In this document: one piece after another, positions 51,700 through 63,740 of the stretch
Layout: each line of letters starts with the position of its first letter
Position numbering within the stretch: position 1 is the first letter of the stretch
DNA from: Octopus bimaculoides
Taxonomy: Eukaryota
Direction of reading: 5' to 3'
DNA length: 63,740 nucleotides
Assembly (NCBI RefSeq): GCF_001194135.2
Contig: NC_068981.1
Span: forward strand, 188,631,045 to 188,694,784
The notes under the pieces: model-generated
Told to the model about the DNA's origin: nothing
The model's input: the letters and a program-made list of their open reading frames with translations, nothing else
Databases searched by the model: none
Translations under genes and position numbers: made by a program

Positions 51700-51909
51700 T
51701 TTATTCTTTTATTCGCTTCAGTCATTTGACTGTGGCCATGTTGGAGCACCGCCTTTTAGTCGAGCAAATCGACCCCAGGACTTATTCTTTGGAAGCCTAG
51801 TACTTATTCTATCGGTATTTTTTGCCGAACTGCTAAGTTACAGGGACATAAACACACCAGCATCGGTTGTCAAGCAATGTTGAGGGGACAAACACAGACA
51901 CACAAACAT

Positions 51910-51984
<75 letters not shown>

Positions 51985-52295
51985 TGTGTATTTGCTTGTG
52001 CCTCTCTCCCAGAGAGTGAGAGAGGGAAATATATATATATATATATAGGGTGTCCATAAGGTCCCTTTACAATAAAGGTTTTAAAAGTATGGAAGTTGCA
52101 AAGATAATTTATGGACACCCTGTATATACAATGGGCTTCTTTCAGTTTCCGTCTACCAAATCCACTCACAAGGCTTTGGTTACTCCGAGGCGAGAGTAGA
52201 AGACACTTTCCCAAGGTGCCACGCAGTGGGACTGAACCCGGAACCATGTGTGGTTGGTAAGCAAACTACTTACCACACAGCCACTCCTGCGCCTG
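51700..52295 (-). mobile_element. SINE family B full-length
   Basis: Tail at left, head at right ending ..CCACTCCTGCGCCTG. Confidence 0.9.
52046..52122. mobile_element. 77-bp Tc1/mariner-type MITE within the SINE's (TA)n
   Basis: TIR (T/C)AGGGTGTCCATAA / TTATGGACACCCTG, TA context on both sides. Confidence 0.8.
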
Positions 52296-55200
52296 TCAGA
52301 AATTTCTGATAAGTATCAAGTGTTATCTGGATTAAGTTGTTCTACATTATGAAAAATGTCCTAGATATTTATAAGGAGTTGTATGTCATGGTTTCAACAT
52401 TCTATTCAATATCATTGCTAACTTCTGGCTCTTGCAATGGCTACACAGAGGAAAGCAGCTGCTACAATTATTGAGGCCATTGAACTAATTACTAAATCTT
52501 GTAAATACTGGTCAGTCTGTTTCACTTTGTAACAGAAATTTACAAGAGTTATTGCCGAGGGGTTTTTCAATAGCTCTCTCCCCTTCTCTCTCTCCTCTTC
52601 TTCTCTCTCTCTCTTATCTTGCCAATCAATATGTTACTATTACTACTGATATATCTACTAAAAATATGTGTTCAGTTTATAACATCAGAAATACCACAAT
52701 GTCCATTATTTCTTTAATGATAATTTAAGTAAATACCCGGTGTAATAAAATTAATTGGAAATCATAGGAACATCTTTTACACAACAAATATGCATACCTA
52801 TTCTGTCTTATTATTTCCAGACTTCTGGCATTAGGAATATCTTGGTAAAGAAAATAGATCATGCCATGATTTTGCGGTCAACAAAGAAGTACACAAGGTT
52901 TAAGAAAATTAGCCAAACAAAACAGTACCAAAGCTTCTATGTGACTTCACAAGGGTCCTCAGTGGTGGCTGATAATAAAGAGAGTTTTAGTGTTCCCTCC
53001 TTAGTCTAATAGGCTTTATAAGCCAGAAGATATCTTGCACCCCTTCACACATCTGTTTGAGATGACTCTCCCGGCTTCATACCTCTCATCTGATACTTTT
53101 ACTTAATTTTGGACATTTGAATGAACGTTACAATACACACACAAACACACACACACGTGTGTATGTATATACATACATATGTACATATATATATACATAT
53201 ATACATATATGTGTGCTTACATAAATACATACATACAAACAAAAATATCCTGTTGTTGATGTTGAAATTCCAATGAAGGAACCTTGGATCTAGGTTAGAA
53301 ACTGGTTCTTTCTCTATTGGCAAGAAACCTTGAAATAAGATTGAACAATGTACACATACATACATACATACATACAGACGTTATACATACAAAGAAAAAG
53401 ACAAAAAATAAACAAACAAACAACAAAACCTGCTCCCTTGATACTCAAACTTGCTGAATCCTTAGAAGAACTTAAATTTTTACATAAACACTACCTTCAA
53501 TTCTGTTATGTCTGGATGAAATTTATAATATATACAAAGGAACGTCAACTTAAAACTTGTCCAGAGAACCTATTGAAATCATGTGTTGTCAGTCATATGA
53601 CAGTGGTTTAACAAAACCAGGGAAGAAATATACAAAAGAAGTATTATAAAATAAAAAGAGAAGATTGTTATGGTTTGTGCGAAAAGTTGCTCAAGGAATT
53701 CTTTCTGCTGGAATGGTGAATTAATTTGAAAAATGGACACCTAAGATATTAGGATGTATGATATTTTATGAAAGATAATATCTCTTTTGAACCAAGAGTG
53801 CTACATCACACCATAGTTTGAAGTCTCAGTCTCTTTACTACTCACCAACAGGAGGACATAGATATAACATACCTTATAAATAAAGAATTAGTGCAGATTC
53901 TAAATGTCTAAGATGTGCTAGAAAATGTCAGCTGTACTAAGTTTGTGTAAAGTAATACCACTGATATAATCAGCAACTGCTTCTTCAAAATATTAATGTA
54001 TTACTTTCATATGAGATATATTGTTAAAAAATCAATATACTCTGCCATTCATATTAATGTCTACCCAGACGGATGTGTCCAATATAGCAATGCTGTGTAC
54101 AATGCAACCACACCTTTCTACCTAAAGGATATTCATGAAAGATAGATGCGTGTGTTGAAGGAAGGTGCAACAAAACTGACATTTACACTCAGAGATAAGA
54201 ATAAAATATGAAAAAAACAAAAACAAAAGAAAAAATCGCAAATTATCCTAATAAACAGAGGAAGATGACAAAGAAATAGGTTTATAGACACTTGATTCCG
54301 AATCTGCAGTTGTTACAGCATGATTATTGATGAACTTATTAATGCTCATATGTTTGATGTTTAAATAATAAACTTGTAATATTGATGTTTCTGTTGATGA
54401 AAAAGATAGGCATTCAATAGCATCCTGATAACTTAATCTGCAAGGATAAAGAAAATTTAATTCAGATGAATTTTTAAATTTTCATTACGTGATTGCTAAA
54501 AACTTTGAATTTCAAAGAAAAAGTCTTGTTTCAAAAATATTTAACCCCTTTTATTTTTTCTAATGAAAAATCTAAAATGTATACTTAAAGATTATACATG
54601 TGCACATGTTATTTATGTCTAATTCGTGGCCCTTTTTTTTAGGTCTAGATGTAGTTATCATGATTCCATCTATAACAGAATTCTGTTGAAAGATTAAATG
54701 GTCTCTACACCAGATGTTGTTTTTATTCGTCAGTGATTACTATTTCCGGTGGTCTGCTTAAGACCAAAAGATTTTTTCCATCTTTAACAGTGGAAATATT
54801 AAAGTGAGAGAAGATAATAAAATCAAGTTAGTAGAAGAACAAATGATAGTTTCAGACTATTATAACACCATATTTATGGCATGTGTTGTTGTGGAGGTTT
54901 CATAAAAGTCACCAAAGGGTAGCAGATAGATTGATAGACAGGGCCCAATTTATTGAAAAGTGTTGGTCTTCCTTTCTCTTTATTAATGATTTGTAGGTAC
55001 CATAATTTCTAAAGAATGTCTGTAGAAAGAACCTTAACAAAATATTTGTTTATTATAAACAATTGAAGTGCATTTAATAATGCAACATTGGTATCCGAAT
55101 AACGGGTGCATACAATATAACTTTTAACAGAATGACAGAAAACTATACTTGATGTGCACCATATGCATCAAGAGATGCAGGAGTTAACTGCAGGAGCAAC

Positions 55201-56220
55201 TTTGAAAGGAAAATCTTAGATTACTCAACTTGCTCTCCATTTCAGTCACAAGATAAATCTTATAGAGTTCAAATTTTGAAGCACTTTGCATAGTTCTCTT
55301 CTATTCAGACAGCTTCCAAGAAGCGATAAATGTACTATAACTGGTAAAGTAAGAAGGAAAGAATTAAAAGAATATTGTCTCTGTTGGAAATGTGGGGTTT
55401 CTTTACCACGAGTCAAGTTACTTTGTTCAAAGAGTTATTGTCACTTTTTATACCATCAGAAATTTTAAGCCATAAATTCTTGCTTTAGGCATTCTTTGAT
55501 TTCAGCTACATTGTTTTGTTTTCTGTCCTATCTTTTATTTTTCCCTTCTGTTATGATTTTAGTTGTGCCATTGATTTCATAAGGGACAGAGAGAGAGAGA
55601 TCTCTTTTCTTATTTTCTATTTTTTCCCCTCTGTAAGTTTGATTTCCATGTTGTTTGCTTGGGGATTGATATTCCTTTATGAGCAAGTCTGAAGGTGTAC
55701 CCACTTTCATTTGTAGCTTATCACCATCACCATCATCATCCTCAATGTTATCATCATCATCATCAGTTAATTGCACTATATCACCATTATTTGCATACTG
55801 CTTTGTATTCAATACAGAACTTGTAAGTAGTGTTTATTTTCAGTGTGAACAATGCTTCAGTTTACCACCATGTGTGTCAATCACTATGGCCTTTATATTT
55901 GAGATGTGCATATATTTATAAGCATTTATTAGCTTTCAAAAACATGCACATACATTGTATACATTTGTAAGCAGTGAGTTAAACAGATTTTGTTTGTCTG
56001 CATATAAATCTTTCTATTCATTCTCCTGGTATTTTAAGTCAAGAAGAATCTACAACACTTGTTTCATAATTGTAAGGGTTTATCTGTACTATCACCAGTC
56101 ATTTCTGATCCCCTCCTTTGATATGGATTCTTGCTTATTTTATAGATTTTTGTTATGAACACACCACCAAGATAATATCTGAAATAAATTTTCTCTAAAA
56201 TACCTTGTAGTTATATCAAC

Positions 56221-56386
56221 AGGCGCAGGAGTGGGTGTGTGGTAAGTAGCTTGCTTACCAACCACATGGTTCCGGGTTCATTCCCACTGCATGGCATCTT
56301 GGGCAAGTGTCTTCTACTATAGCCTCGGGCTGACCAAAGCCTTGTGAGTGGATTTGGTAGACAGAAACTGAAAGAAGCCCGTCGTA

Positions 56387-56425
<39 letters not shown>

Positions 56426-57479
56426 NNNNNNNNNNNNNNNNNNNNNNNNNNNNNNNNNNNNNNNNNNNNNNNNNNNNNNNNNNNNNNNNNNNNNNNNNNN
56501 NNNNNNNNNNNNNNNNNNNNNNNNNNNNNNNNNNNNNNNNNNNNNNNNNNNNNNNNNNNNNNNNNNNNNNNNNNNNNNNNNNNNNNNNNNNNNNNNNNNN
56601 NNNNNNNNNNNNNNNNNNNNNNNNNNNNNNNNNNNNNNNNNNNNNNNNNNNNNNNNNNNNNNNNNNNNNNNNNNNNNNNNNNNNNNNNNNNNNNNNNNNN
56701 NNNNNNNNNNNNNNNNNNNNNNNNNNNNNNNNNNNNNNNNNNNNNNNNNNNNNNNNNNNNNNNNNNNNNNNNNNNNNNNNNNNNNNNNNNNNNNNNNNNN
56801 NNNNNNNNNNNNNNNNNNNNNNNNNNNNNNNNNNNNNNNNNNNNNNNNNNNNNNNNNNNNNNNNNNNNNNNNNNNNNNNNNNNNNNNNNNNNNNNNNNNN
56901 NNNNNNNNNNNNNNNNNNNNNNNNNNNNNNNNNNNNNNNNNNNNNNNNNNNNNNNNNNNNNNNNNNNNNNNNNNNNNNNNNNNNNNNNNNNNNNNNNNNN
57001 NNNNNNNNNNNNNNNNNNNNNNNNNNNNNNNNNNNNNNNNNNNNNNNNNNNNNNNNNNNNNNNNNNNNNNNNNNNNNNNNNNNNNNNNNNNNNNNNNNNN
57101 NNNNNNNNNNNNNNNNNNNNNNNNNNNNNNNNNNNNNNNNNNNNNNNNNNNNNNNNNNNNNNNNNNNNNNNNNNNNNNNNNNNNNNNNNNNNNNNNNNNN
57201 NNNNNNNNNNNNNNNNNNNNNNNNNNNNNNNNNNNNNNNNNNNNNNNNNNNNNNNNNNNNNNNNNNNNNNNNNNNNNNNNNNNNNNNNNNNNNNNNNNNN
57301 NNNNNNNNNNNNNNNNNNNNNNNNNNNNNNNNNNNNNNNNNNNNNNNNNNNNNNNNNNNNNNNNTATATGTATATGTATATATATGTATATGTATATATA
57401 TGTATATGTATATATATGTATATGTATATATATGTATATACGACGGGCTTCTTTCAGTTTCTGTCTACCAAATCCACTC

Positions 57480-57511
<32 letters not shown>

Positions 57512-57715
57512 GTTTGTGTGTCTCCCTCAGCATTGCTTGACAACCGATGCTGGTGTGTTTACGTGCTCGTAACTTAGCGGTTCGGCAAAAAGAGCCCGAT
57601 AGAATAAGTACTAGGCTTACAAAGAATAAGTCCTGGGATCGATTTGCTCGACTAAAGGCGGTGCTCCAGCATGGCCGCAGTCAAATGACTGAAACAACTA
57701 AAAGAGTAAAGAGAG
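56221..57715 (+). mobile_element. SINE family B spanning a gap, with internal inverted fragment
   Basis: Head at 56221-56385, gap 56426-57364, inverted 41-bp piece at 57440-57480, tail at ~57510-57715. Confidence 0.8.
56426..57364. other. Assembly gap (N run)
   Basis: Ns within (TA)n. Confidence 1.
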
Positions 57716-57817
57716 TATCTGCAGATTAAGCTATTCATTTTAGCTTCCATAACTTTTGAATCAGCCAGTTATTTTATCAGCCCTAGGACAATGACATTTC
57801 ATCAAACAATATAGGTT

Positions 57818-58045
57818 TTAACTCTTTCACATTTAAACTGACCACATCTGACTCGAATATTCTGTCTGTTTTATGTTCAAACTAGTCAGATCCAGCCTCT
57901 CACACCTATCCTACATTGACATTCTAAGAATGAATAGCCACATCATCGAAATCTCAAAGCTATGAGATGATGCATGATTAATTGAAAACAATATGAATGA
58001 ATAAACATTACATTTGACTGAGTAATGTGAATGCTCAACGGTTAA
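57818..58045. mobile_element. Diverged piggyBac-type MITE
   Basis: TTAA at both ends; decayed TIR-like ends CTCTTTCACATT.. / ..GTAATGTGAATGCTCAACGG. Confidence 0.5.
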
Positions 58046-58864
58046 ATCTGAAATGTGAATATATTTCTAAGTATATGAGTATATAACCTTAAAGCAAATA
58101 TTATTACTTGAAAAAGAGAAAAAGAGATGAGAAAACAGCACTTCACGACAAACAAAACCAAAAAATTACAGACAAAACAAATTAATTTAGCTGACTAAAT
58201 CCTAAACCAAATTTAACAAACAAGAAGAAAATGAGTTTCTGTGATGATTACTATACACAATATACATATTTAAACAATATACAACATGTGTGAAAATAAG
58301 GAACAAAGAAGCAACATGATGCAAACATGACAAAAACAAACAAACCTAAAATAATACAAACAATGTTTAGAAACCAATCAACCGTATCCATTTATAAAGT
58401 AGACAATGACAATATCACTGTCTGATGGGCAATGATGTAGGATGAATTTTAGCAGCATTCTTCAAAACTAGTGCAAAATATGCTTCTTAAGTAGTCTCTC
58501 ACTGAAGATTAATCCCCAATATAAATGACATGTAACAGAATTGTAAGGAAGCATTAGAGAACATTGAAATGTTGTACTCCTATTAATATGTCCACTGTAT
58601 ATCCATCACTTCGTCATTCATTCTCTCACACATGTACACAATAAAATAGATGGGATTTATGGAGAAGTAAAGTAATAAAAGATACATTGTAACCGACTAA
58701 CGATTGTAAAGTAGTTCATAATAAATAAATTTTTCCCCAATTCACACAGCAAATACTCCACATGTATTCTGTACAAGTCAGCATTGAGCATTATCACAAA
58801 ACCTGCACATCACCCCCACCACACACAGCTCACATGCAGCATTTTCTGCACGACAAATAAGTGA

Positions 58865-59421
58865 AATAATAGGCATGGCTGTATGGCAAGAAGTTTCCTT
58901 GCCAACCACATAATTCCAGGTTCACTCCCATTGCATTGCACCTTGGGTAAGTGCCTTCTGCTATAGCTTCAGGCTGACCAAAGCCTTCAGGCCTGAAATT
59001 TTGGAGACAAGTCAACTAGATCAACAGCAGTACACAGCTGGTACTTATTTTATTGACCTCAAAAGATGAAAGGCGAAAGGACCTAATGATGGATGAAATA
59101 TGGTTGAGCATTTTACTCAGTATGCTAACAATGTTGCCAATAATAACTTGAAAATGAAATGAAATATAATGAAATTTAAAATAATGTAATATACATAACA
59201 CAGTAATCTGGCAAAACTCTTAGCATTCTGGGAAAAATGTTCAGCAGCATTTTGTCAGGTTTTTATGTTCTGAGTTTAAATTCCGCCAAGGTTGACTTAG
59301 CATTTCATCCTTTTGGGGTCAATAAACTAAGTATCACTTGAACTCTGGGTTTGATTTCATTGACTTATCTTCTTTCCCAAACTTGCTACACTTGTGCCAA
59401 AGTTTGAAATCAACAACAAAA

Positions 59422-59478
<57 letters not shown>

Positions 59479-59677
59479 GTCCTTTCTACTATAGACACAA
59501 GGTCTGAAATTTTAGGGGAGGGGACTAGTTGATTACATCGACCCCAGTGTTTCACTGGTACTTAATTCGTTGATCCCAAAAAGATGAAAGGCAGAATTTG
59601 AACTCAACGTAAAGACGAACAAAATTTCGCTAAGCATTTCACCTGGTGTGCTAATGATTCTTCCAGCTCACCACCTT
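58865..59677. mobile_element. SINE cluster with tail-to-tail family A pair around (TAA)n
   Basis: B head at ~58865-59015; A minus fragment at ~59020-59130; A plus at ~59205-59420; A minus at ~59475-59677. Confidence 0.8.
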
Positions 59678-59709
59678 AATAATAACGATAATAATAATAA
59701 TAATAATGC

Positions 59710-60268
59710 TAAATGCCCTGATGCAGTACTAGGCAGTGGCTCGCATGGCTTCTGATCTTAATTGATTGGAAGTGTTATCATGTACATTGTTTTATCTTGG
59801 TATAAAAGATGGGCTCCAGTAAATATTCTGCTCAATACCACAGATTTGCTTGTCAGTTGTTTGACCTTAACCAGTTGAGCATGTCCCTTAGTGGCTGACG
59901 ATATGTGCATCTCTGATCATGAGCAGAAGTAGTGGGGGAACAACATAGCCATGTGTTGAAAAGAATTCTTTGGGGTTTAGATAATTCACCTTTGGAAACA
60001 TGGATGTTTTGCTCAACATCCTTAAACAAACCTTATTCAGGGACCTTTTTAGTGGGATGGGGTACTCAACTTGAAGAAAATTCTAAAAGGGCCCACCTGC
60101 AAGGTCATGCACTATTTATCTTGATATGAGATCACCATGTCATGCACATATGGTTGTGATGCATGTGCCTGATGTACCCTTATCAGACGGGTAGTCATGA
60201 TGGGTATACTGGGCTTCATATATTTTACCCCAGCGTCACTTTAATGGCATGCACCTCTCTCTCACTCA
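59710..60268 (+). mobile_element. ~540-bp non-coding element in (AAT)n, copy 3
   Basis: Starts TAAATGCCCTGATGCAGTAC and ends CTCTCTCACTC(AAT)n. Confidence 0.9.
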
Positions 60269-60299
60269 ATAATAATAATAATGATAACGATAATAATGA

Positions 60300-60495
60300 T
60301 GCAAAAAAATCAGAAATGAAAGATTTGATTCTCAATGCTTAAGACAGATGCCTAGCCATTAACAACTATCAAAATGATGTAGAGAAAGAAAACACTAACA
60401 TCAGTTGTGGACTATGCAGTCAGTGGTATGACATGGCTGACCACATCATCTCTACATGTCCAGCCATCCTACCATGACTGAATAGATGTGTAAAG
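60300..60495 (+). mobile_element. R4/Dong-clade fragment with CCHC zinc knuckle
   Basis: KSEMKDLILNA*DRCLAINNYQ..CGLCSQWYDMADHIISTCPAILP resembles the AQDQ.L.T.NY..C.x2.C.x7.H.x4.C region of R4-clade ORFs. Confidence 0.75.
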
Positions 60496-60524
60496 ATACA
60501 ACTGATTCAGTAGCTTTTCCACTG

Positions 60525-60800
60525 AGCATATTTTGTGGCTGCGTGATAAGAAGCTTGCTCCACAACCACATGGTTCCGGGATCAGTCCTACTGAATGGCA
60601 CCTTGGGCAAGTGTCTTCTACTAAAGCCCTGGCCTGTATAATACATTGTGCGAAGATTTGATTGACGGAAACTGGAAGAAGCCCTTGTAACTTAGTGATT
60701 TGGCAAGAGACTGATAGAGTAAGTACCAGGCTGAAAAAAAAATTAGTATGGACTGATTCATTCAACTAAAAATTGCTCAATCCAGCACCCCAGATGGCCA
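60525..60800 (+). mobile_element. SINE family B, shortened
   Basis: GGTTCCGGGATCAGTCCTACTGAATGGCACCTTGGGCAAGTG. Confidence 0.75.
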
Positions 60801-61672
60801 TAGTCTAGTTTGCATGTACATGTATTTATGTAGGGGCAGTTATGCTTGTGCAGACACAGAGTTCAATCTCAGTCTGGAGCACCTTGTGAAAGATAATCTC
60901 ACTACTACCACTGCCATAACTGTCTGAGTTTATTTGTATATTGTAACCATAGCAACAATAAAGTTGTCTGTCTTTTCTTTTTTAGTTTCTTTCATTTTTT
61001 TTTTTTGGCTTTTCTTCATTTCATTTGTATGAAGCAATTATCGTTTTTCTATTCAAAATATTATTTTCAACTCCTTCTACTGAAGGAATCACATCAAAAA
61101 ATAAATAAATAAAGAGCATCAGACAAATTAGAAATGTCTTGTCTCCCAATTCTCTTTTGTTTTTCTTCAGTTCTTCAACCATTCTACATCACAAACACCC
61201 ACATACACACGTACCAGCTTCATCAGTATCTGGGACCATAGAATCAGTGTTCTCAATTGCTAGATGAAATCCACTTTACTTCTTTCTGTAACTGCATACA
61301 CACATACTGACACACACACACACACACACACCTGACATTTTGAAGTTTAAAAATAAAATCACTAAATAATGGAGATAAACACCTCATACATCTCGAATTT
61401 GTAGCTTTGTTTAATTTCTCCGAGCTTGAATCTTAACCATTTGTGTTTTGTTAAATTTTGGTTATATTTAGTTTTGTGTGTCTACGAGTGTGTGTTTATG
61501 TGTGTGTGTGTGTGTGTGAAATAATTGCTTGAAAGATACTCAAAGGTAACTGCCCAGAGATAAACAAAGTAGAAGAAATTGCATGAATCTTGATTCTTAC
61601 TGATTCTCTGGATGTCGTTGGCAATCCAGTACAGTTTCACTTACCATCGAAGACAATTGTTAATATCATTAT

Positions 61673-61890
61673 GAAGGCAGCGAGCTGGCAGAATCATTAG
61701 CATGCCGGGTGAAATGCTTAGCAGTATTTCATCTGATTTACATTCTGAGTTCAAATTCCACTAAGGCCAACTTTGCTTTTTTTCCTTTCAGGGCTGATAA
61801 ATTAAGTACCAGTTGCATACTGAGGTTGATCTAATTGACTGACCCCCTCCCCCAAAATTTCAGGCCTTGTGCCTAGAGTAGAAAGGATTA
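61673..61890 (+). mobile_element. SINE family A
   Basis: GAAGGCAGCGAGCTGGCAGAATC..AGTAGAAAGGATTATT. Confidence 0.9.
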
Positions 61891-62112
61891 TTTTACTGCG
61901 TATCTTATGATGTGATTTTGCTGGAGTCGGGTAGAAATGATGTTGCAGAATAGTCTTATAGTATTAAGCTCATATGATATATCTATATTTTGTAAGTTGC
62001 TTCAGGGGACTGTATAAACTGGAGTCAGCAACCTTTGTGCTTTTGTAGGTCTTTTAGTTTTAATATTCTTTTGTGTTGATAGATGAAAATGTATAATATA
62101 TTCATAGATATA

Positions 62113-62280
62113 GGTGCTGATGTGGCTGTGTGGTTAAGAAGCTTGCTTCTTAACCAATTAGTTCTGAGTTCAGTCTCACTGCATGGCACCTTGGGCAAAT
62201 GCCTTCTACTATAGCCCCAGGCTGACTAAAGCCTTGTGATTGGATTTGGTAGATGGTAACCAAAAGAAGGCCATCACGTG
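62113..62280 (+). mobile_element. SINE family B head
   Basis: GGCACCTTGGGCAAATGCCTTCTACTATAGCC; runs into (TG)(TA)n and a gap. Confidence 0.85.
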
Positions 62281-62325
62281 TGTGTGTGTGTATATATATA
62301 TATTTATATATATATATATATATAT

Positions 62326-62615
62326 NNNNNNNNNNNNNNNNNNNNNNNNNNNNNNNNNNNNNNNNNNNNNNNNNNNNNNNNNNNNNNNNNNNNNNNNNNN
62401 NNNNNNNNNNNNNNNNNNNNNNNNNNNNNNNNNNNNNNNNNNNNNNNNNNNNNNNNNNNNNNNNNNNNNNNNNNNNNNNNNNNNNNNNNNNNNNNNNNNN
62501 NNNNNNNNNNNNNNNNNNNNNNNNNNNNNNNNNNNNNNNNNNNNNNNNNNNNNNNNNNNNNNNNNNNNNNNNNNNNNNNNNNNNNNNNNNNNNNNNNNNN
62601 NNNNNNNNNNNNNNN
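62326..62615. other. Assembly gap (N run)
   Basis: Ns within (TA)n. Confidence 1.
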
Positions 62616-62652
<37 letters not shown>

Positions 62653-62744
62653 TAGATAGATAGATAGATAGATAATGTGTGTGTGTGTGTGTGTGTGTAG
62701 CTTTGTCTTAATCATATGGGTGTAAACAAGCATCAATGTCAGCT

Positions 62745-63300
62745 AAGGTGATGCCATTCATTTCCACTATGTAGGGAAATATTACCTTACTTGAAAGCAA
62801 GTAAGGGTTGGTGACAGGAGGGGCATCTGGCCCTAAAATAATCTGCCTCAATAAATAATGTTTGACCCATGCAAGCATGGATAAGTGGACATTAAATTTA
62901 TGATGACAAATTTCTTTGAGGCTTAAGCAGAGCTGACATTGTTTATGTTGAATATTATGTTGTCATAATCATTTTAGCATCTACTTTTCTTGCTTATATG
63001 GGTCAGATGAAATTTAATGAGGCAGATCTTCTATGGCTGGATGTTTTTCCTGTCACCAACCCTCATCTCTCTCCAAGCAAGATAATTCCTTTGTTTGGAC
63101 ATGTTTTCTCAGAAGGTTGCAAACAAACAACACTGCTTGCATGACAATATCAAGAACAAGTAAATACACACACAACTATATATTCTTGTCAGTCTCTATC
63201 TACAAACTTGACTCACAAGACTTTGGTCAGTCCAAATCTATAGTAGAAGACTGTTGCGTAAGGTGCCACACTGTGGAACTGAATCCAAAACCACATAAAC
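62745..63300. mobile_element. Diverged RTE-type tails and SINE B head fragment
   Basis: Plus tail at ~62745-62910, minus tail at ~62935-63170, B head minus at ~63185-63300. Confidence 0.6.
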
Positions 63301-63740
63301 CTGTATTCTATACACTGTCTACTGTTTCCTTCCTATAAAAATGTGCATTGATCATTTCAGCTTCTGTGTTTTATATGTATCAAGTGCACTTTTGTTATTT
63401 ACACCACCTGTCCTCGTCTGTTGTTATTATTTGTATATTCTCCCACATATACTACACGCTCACGTGGTCGCACCAGCTAATCCTGTCTCCTCTCATCACA
63501 CACTACCAACTTTTGGATTCTACCTTCTTTCCTTCTGGATCTGGACTGTTTGATTCTGAACTTTATACCCTCCGGCTGCACCTCTCCTACCCACGGATTA
63601 CACTGGACCCATCTTCTGATTGGAAATCGCTTCAATATACCACGACGTCTAAAAAACTTTTGAACTTTTCCACTTTTGTAAACCTCCTTTATCATCCTTT
63701 TTTGAACACTATTCAATTTTTTTTTCTCCGTGTTTTTCTC

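Noticed and set aside
53996-54145. Short ORF containing INVYPDGCVQYS, reminiscent of Cys-loop receptor strands
   Set aside because: No splice sites bracket it, no Cys-loop follows, and it ends in a stop; likely chance.

Overview
AT-rich, microsatellite-dense animal genomic DNA with six N-gaps, most bordered by TA-rich microsatellite. No recognisable host gene is present; the window looks intronic or intergenic. The repeat repertoire (several tRNA-headed SINE families, RTE tails ending in (GAT)n, R4/Dong LINE ends in (TAA)n) suggests an octopus/coleoid cephalopod short-read assembly (inference). The supplied ORFs are almost all spurious. Manual translation recovers several TE fossils: an RTE RT fragment with an open frame (1-312), a decayed Penelope-like RT+GIY-YIG element (~2975-4620), a Tc1/mariner transposase pseudogene (11286-11895) and five R4/Dong fragments. 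There are also hAT-, piggyBac- and Tc1-type MITEs. The most striking object is at 39484-39876, flanked by a perfect 16-bp TSD. It has a tRNA-derived Pol III head, a (TAA)n spacer and a 3' tail carrying a Penelope-type minimal hammerhead ribozyme, plus an inverted copy of that tail at its 5' end. It is a candidate SINE mobilised by Penelope-like machinery. A second hammerhead lies at 2668-2715, and two long near-perfect foldbacks both have 16-nt loops (6179-6378, 30995-31138). One plausible host coding exon is at 28896-29010. All coordinates were read by eye; SINE boundaries are approximate.
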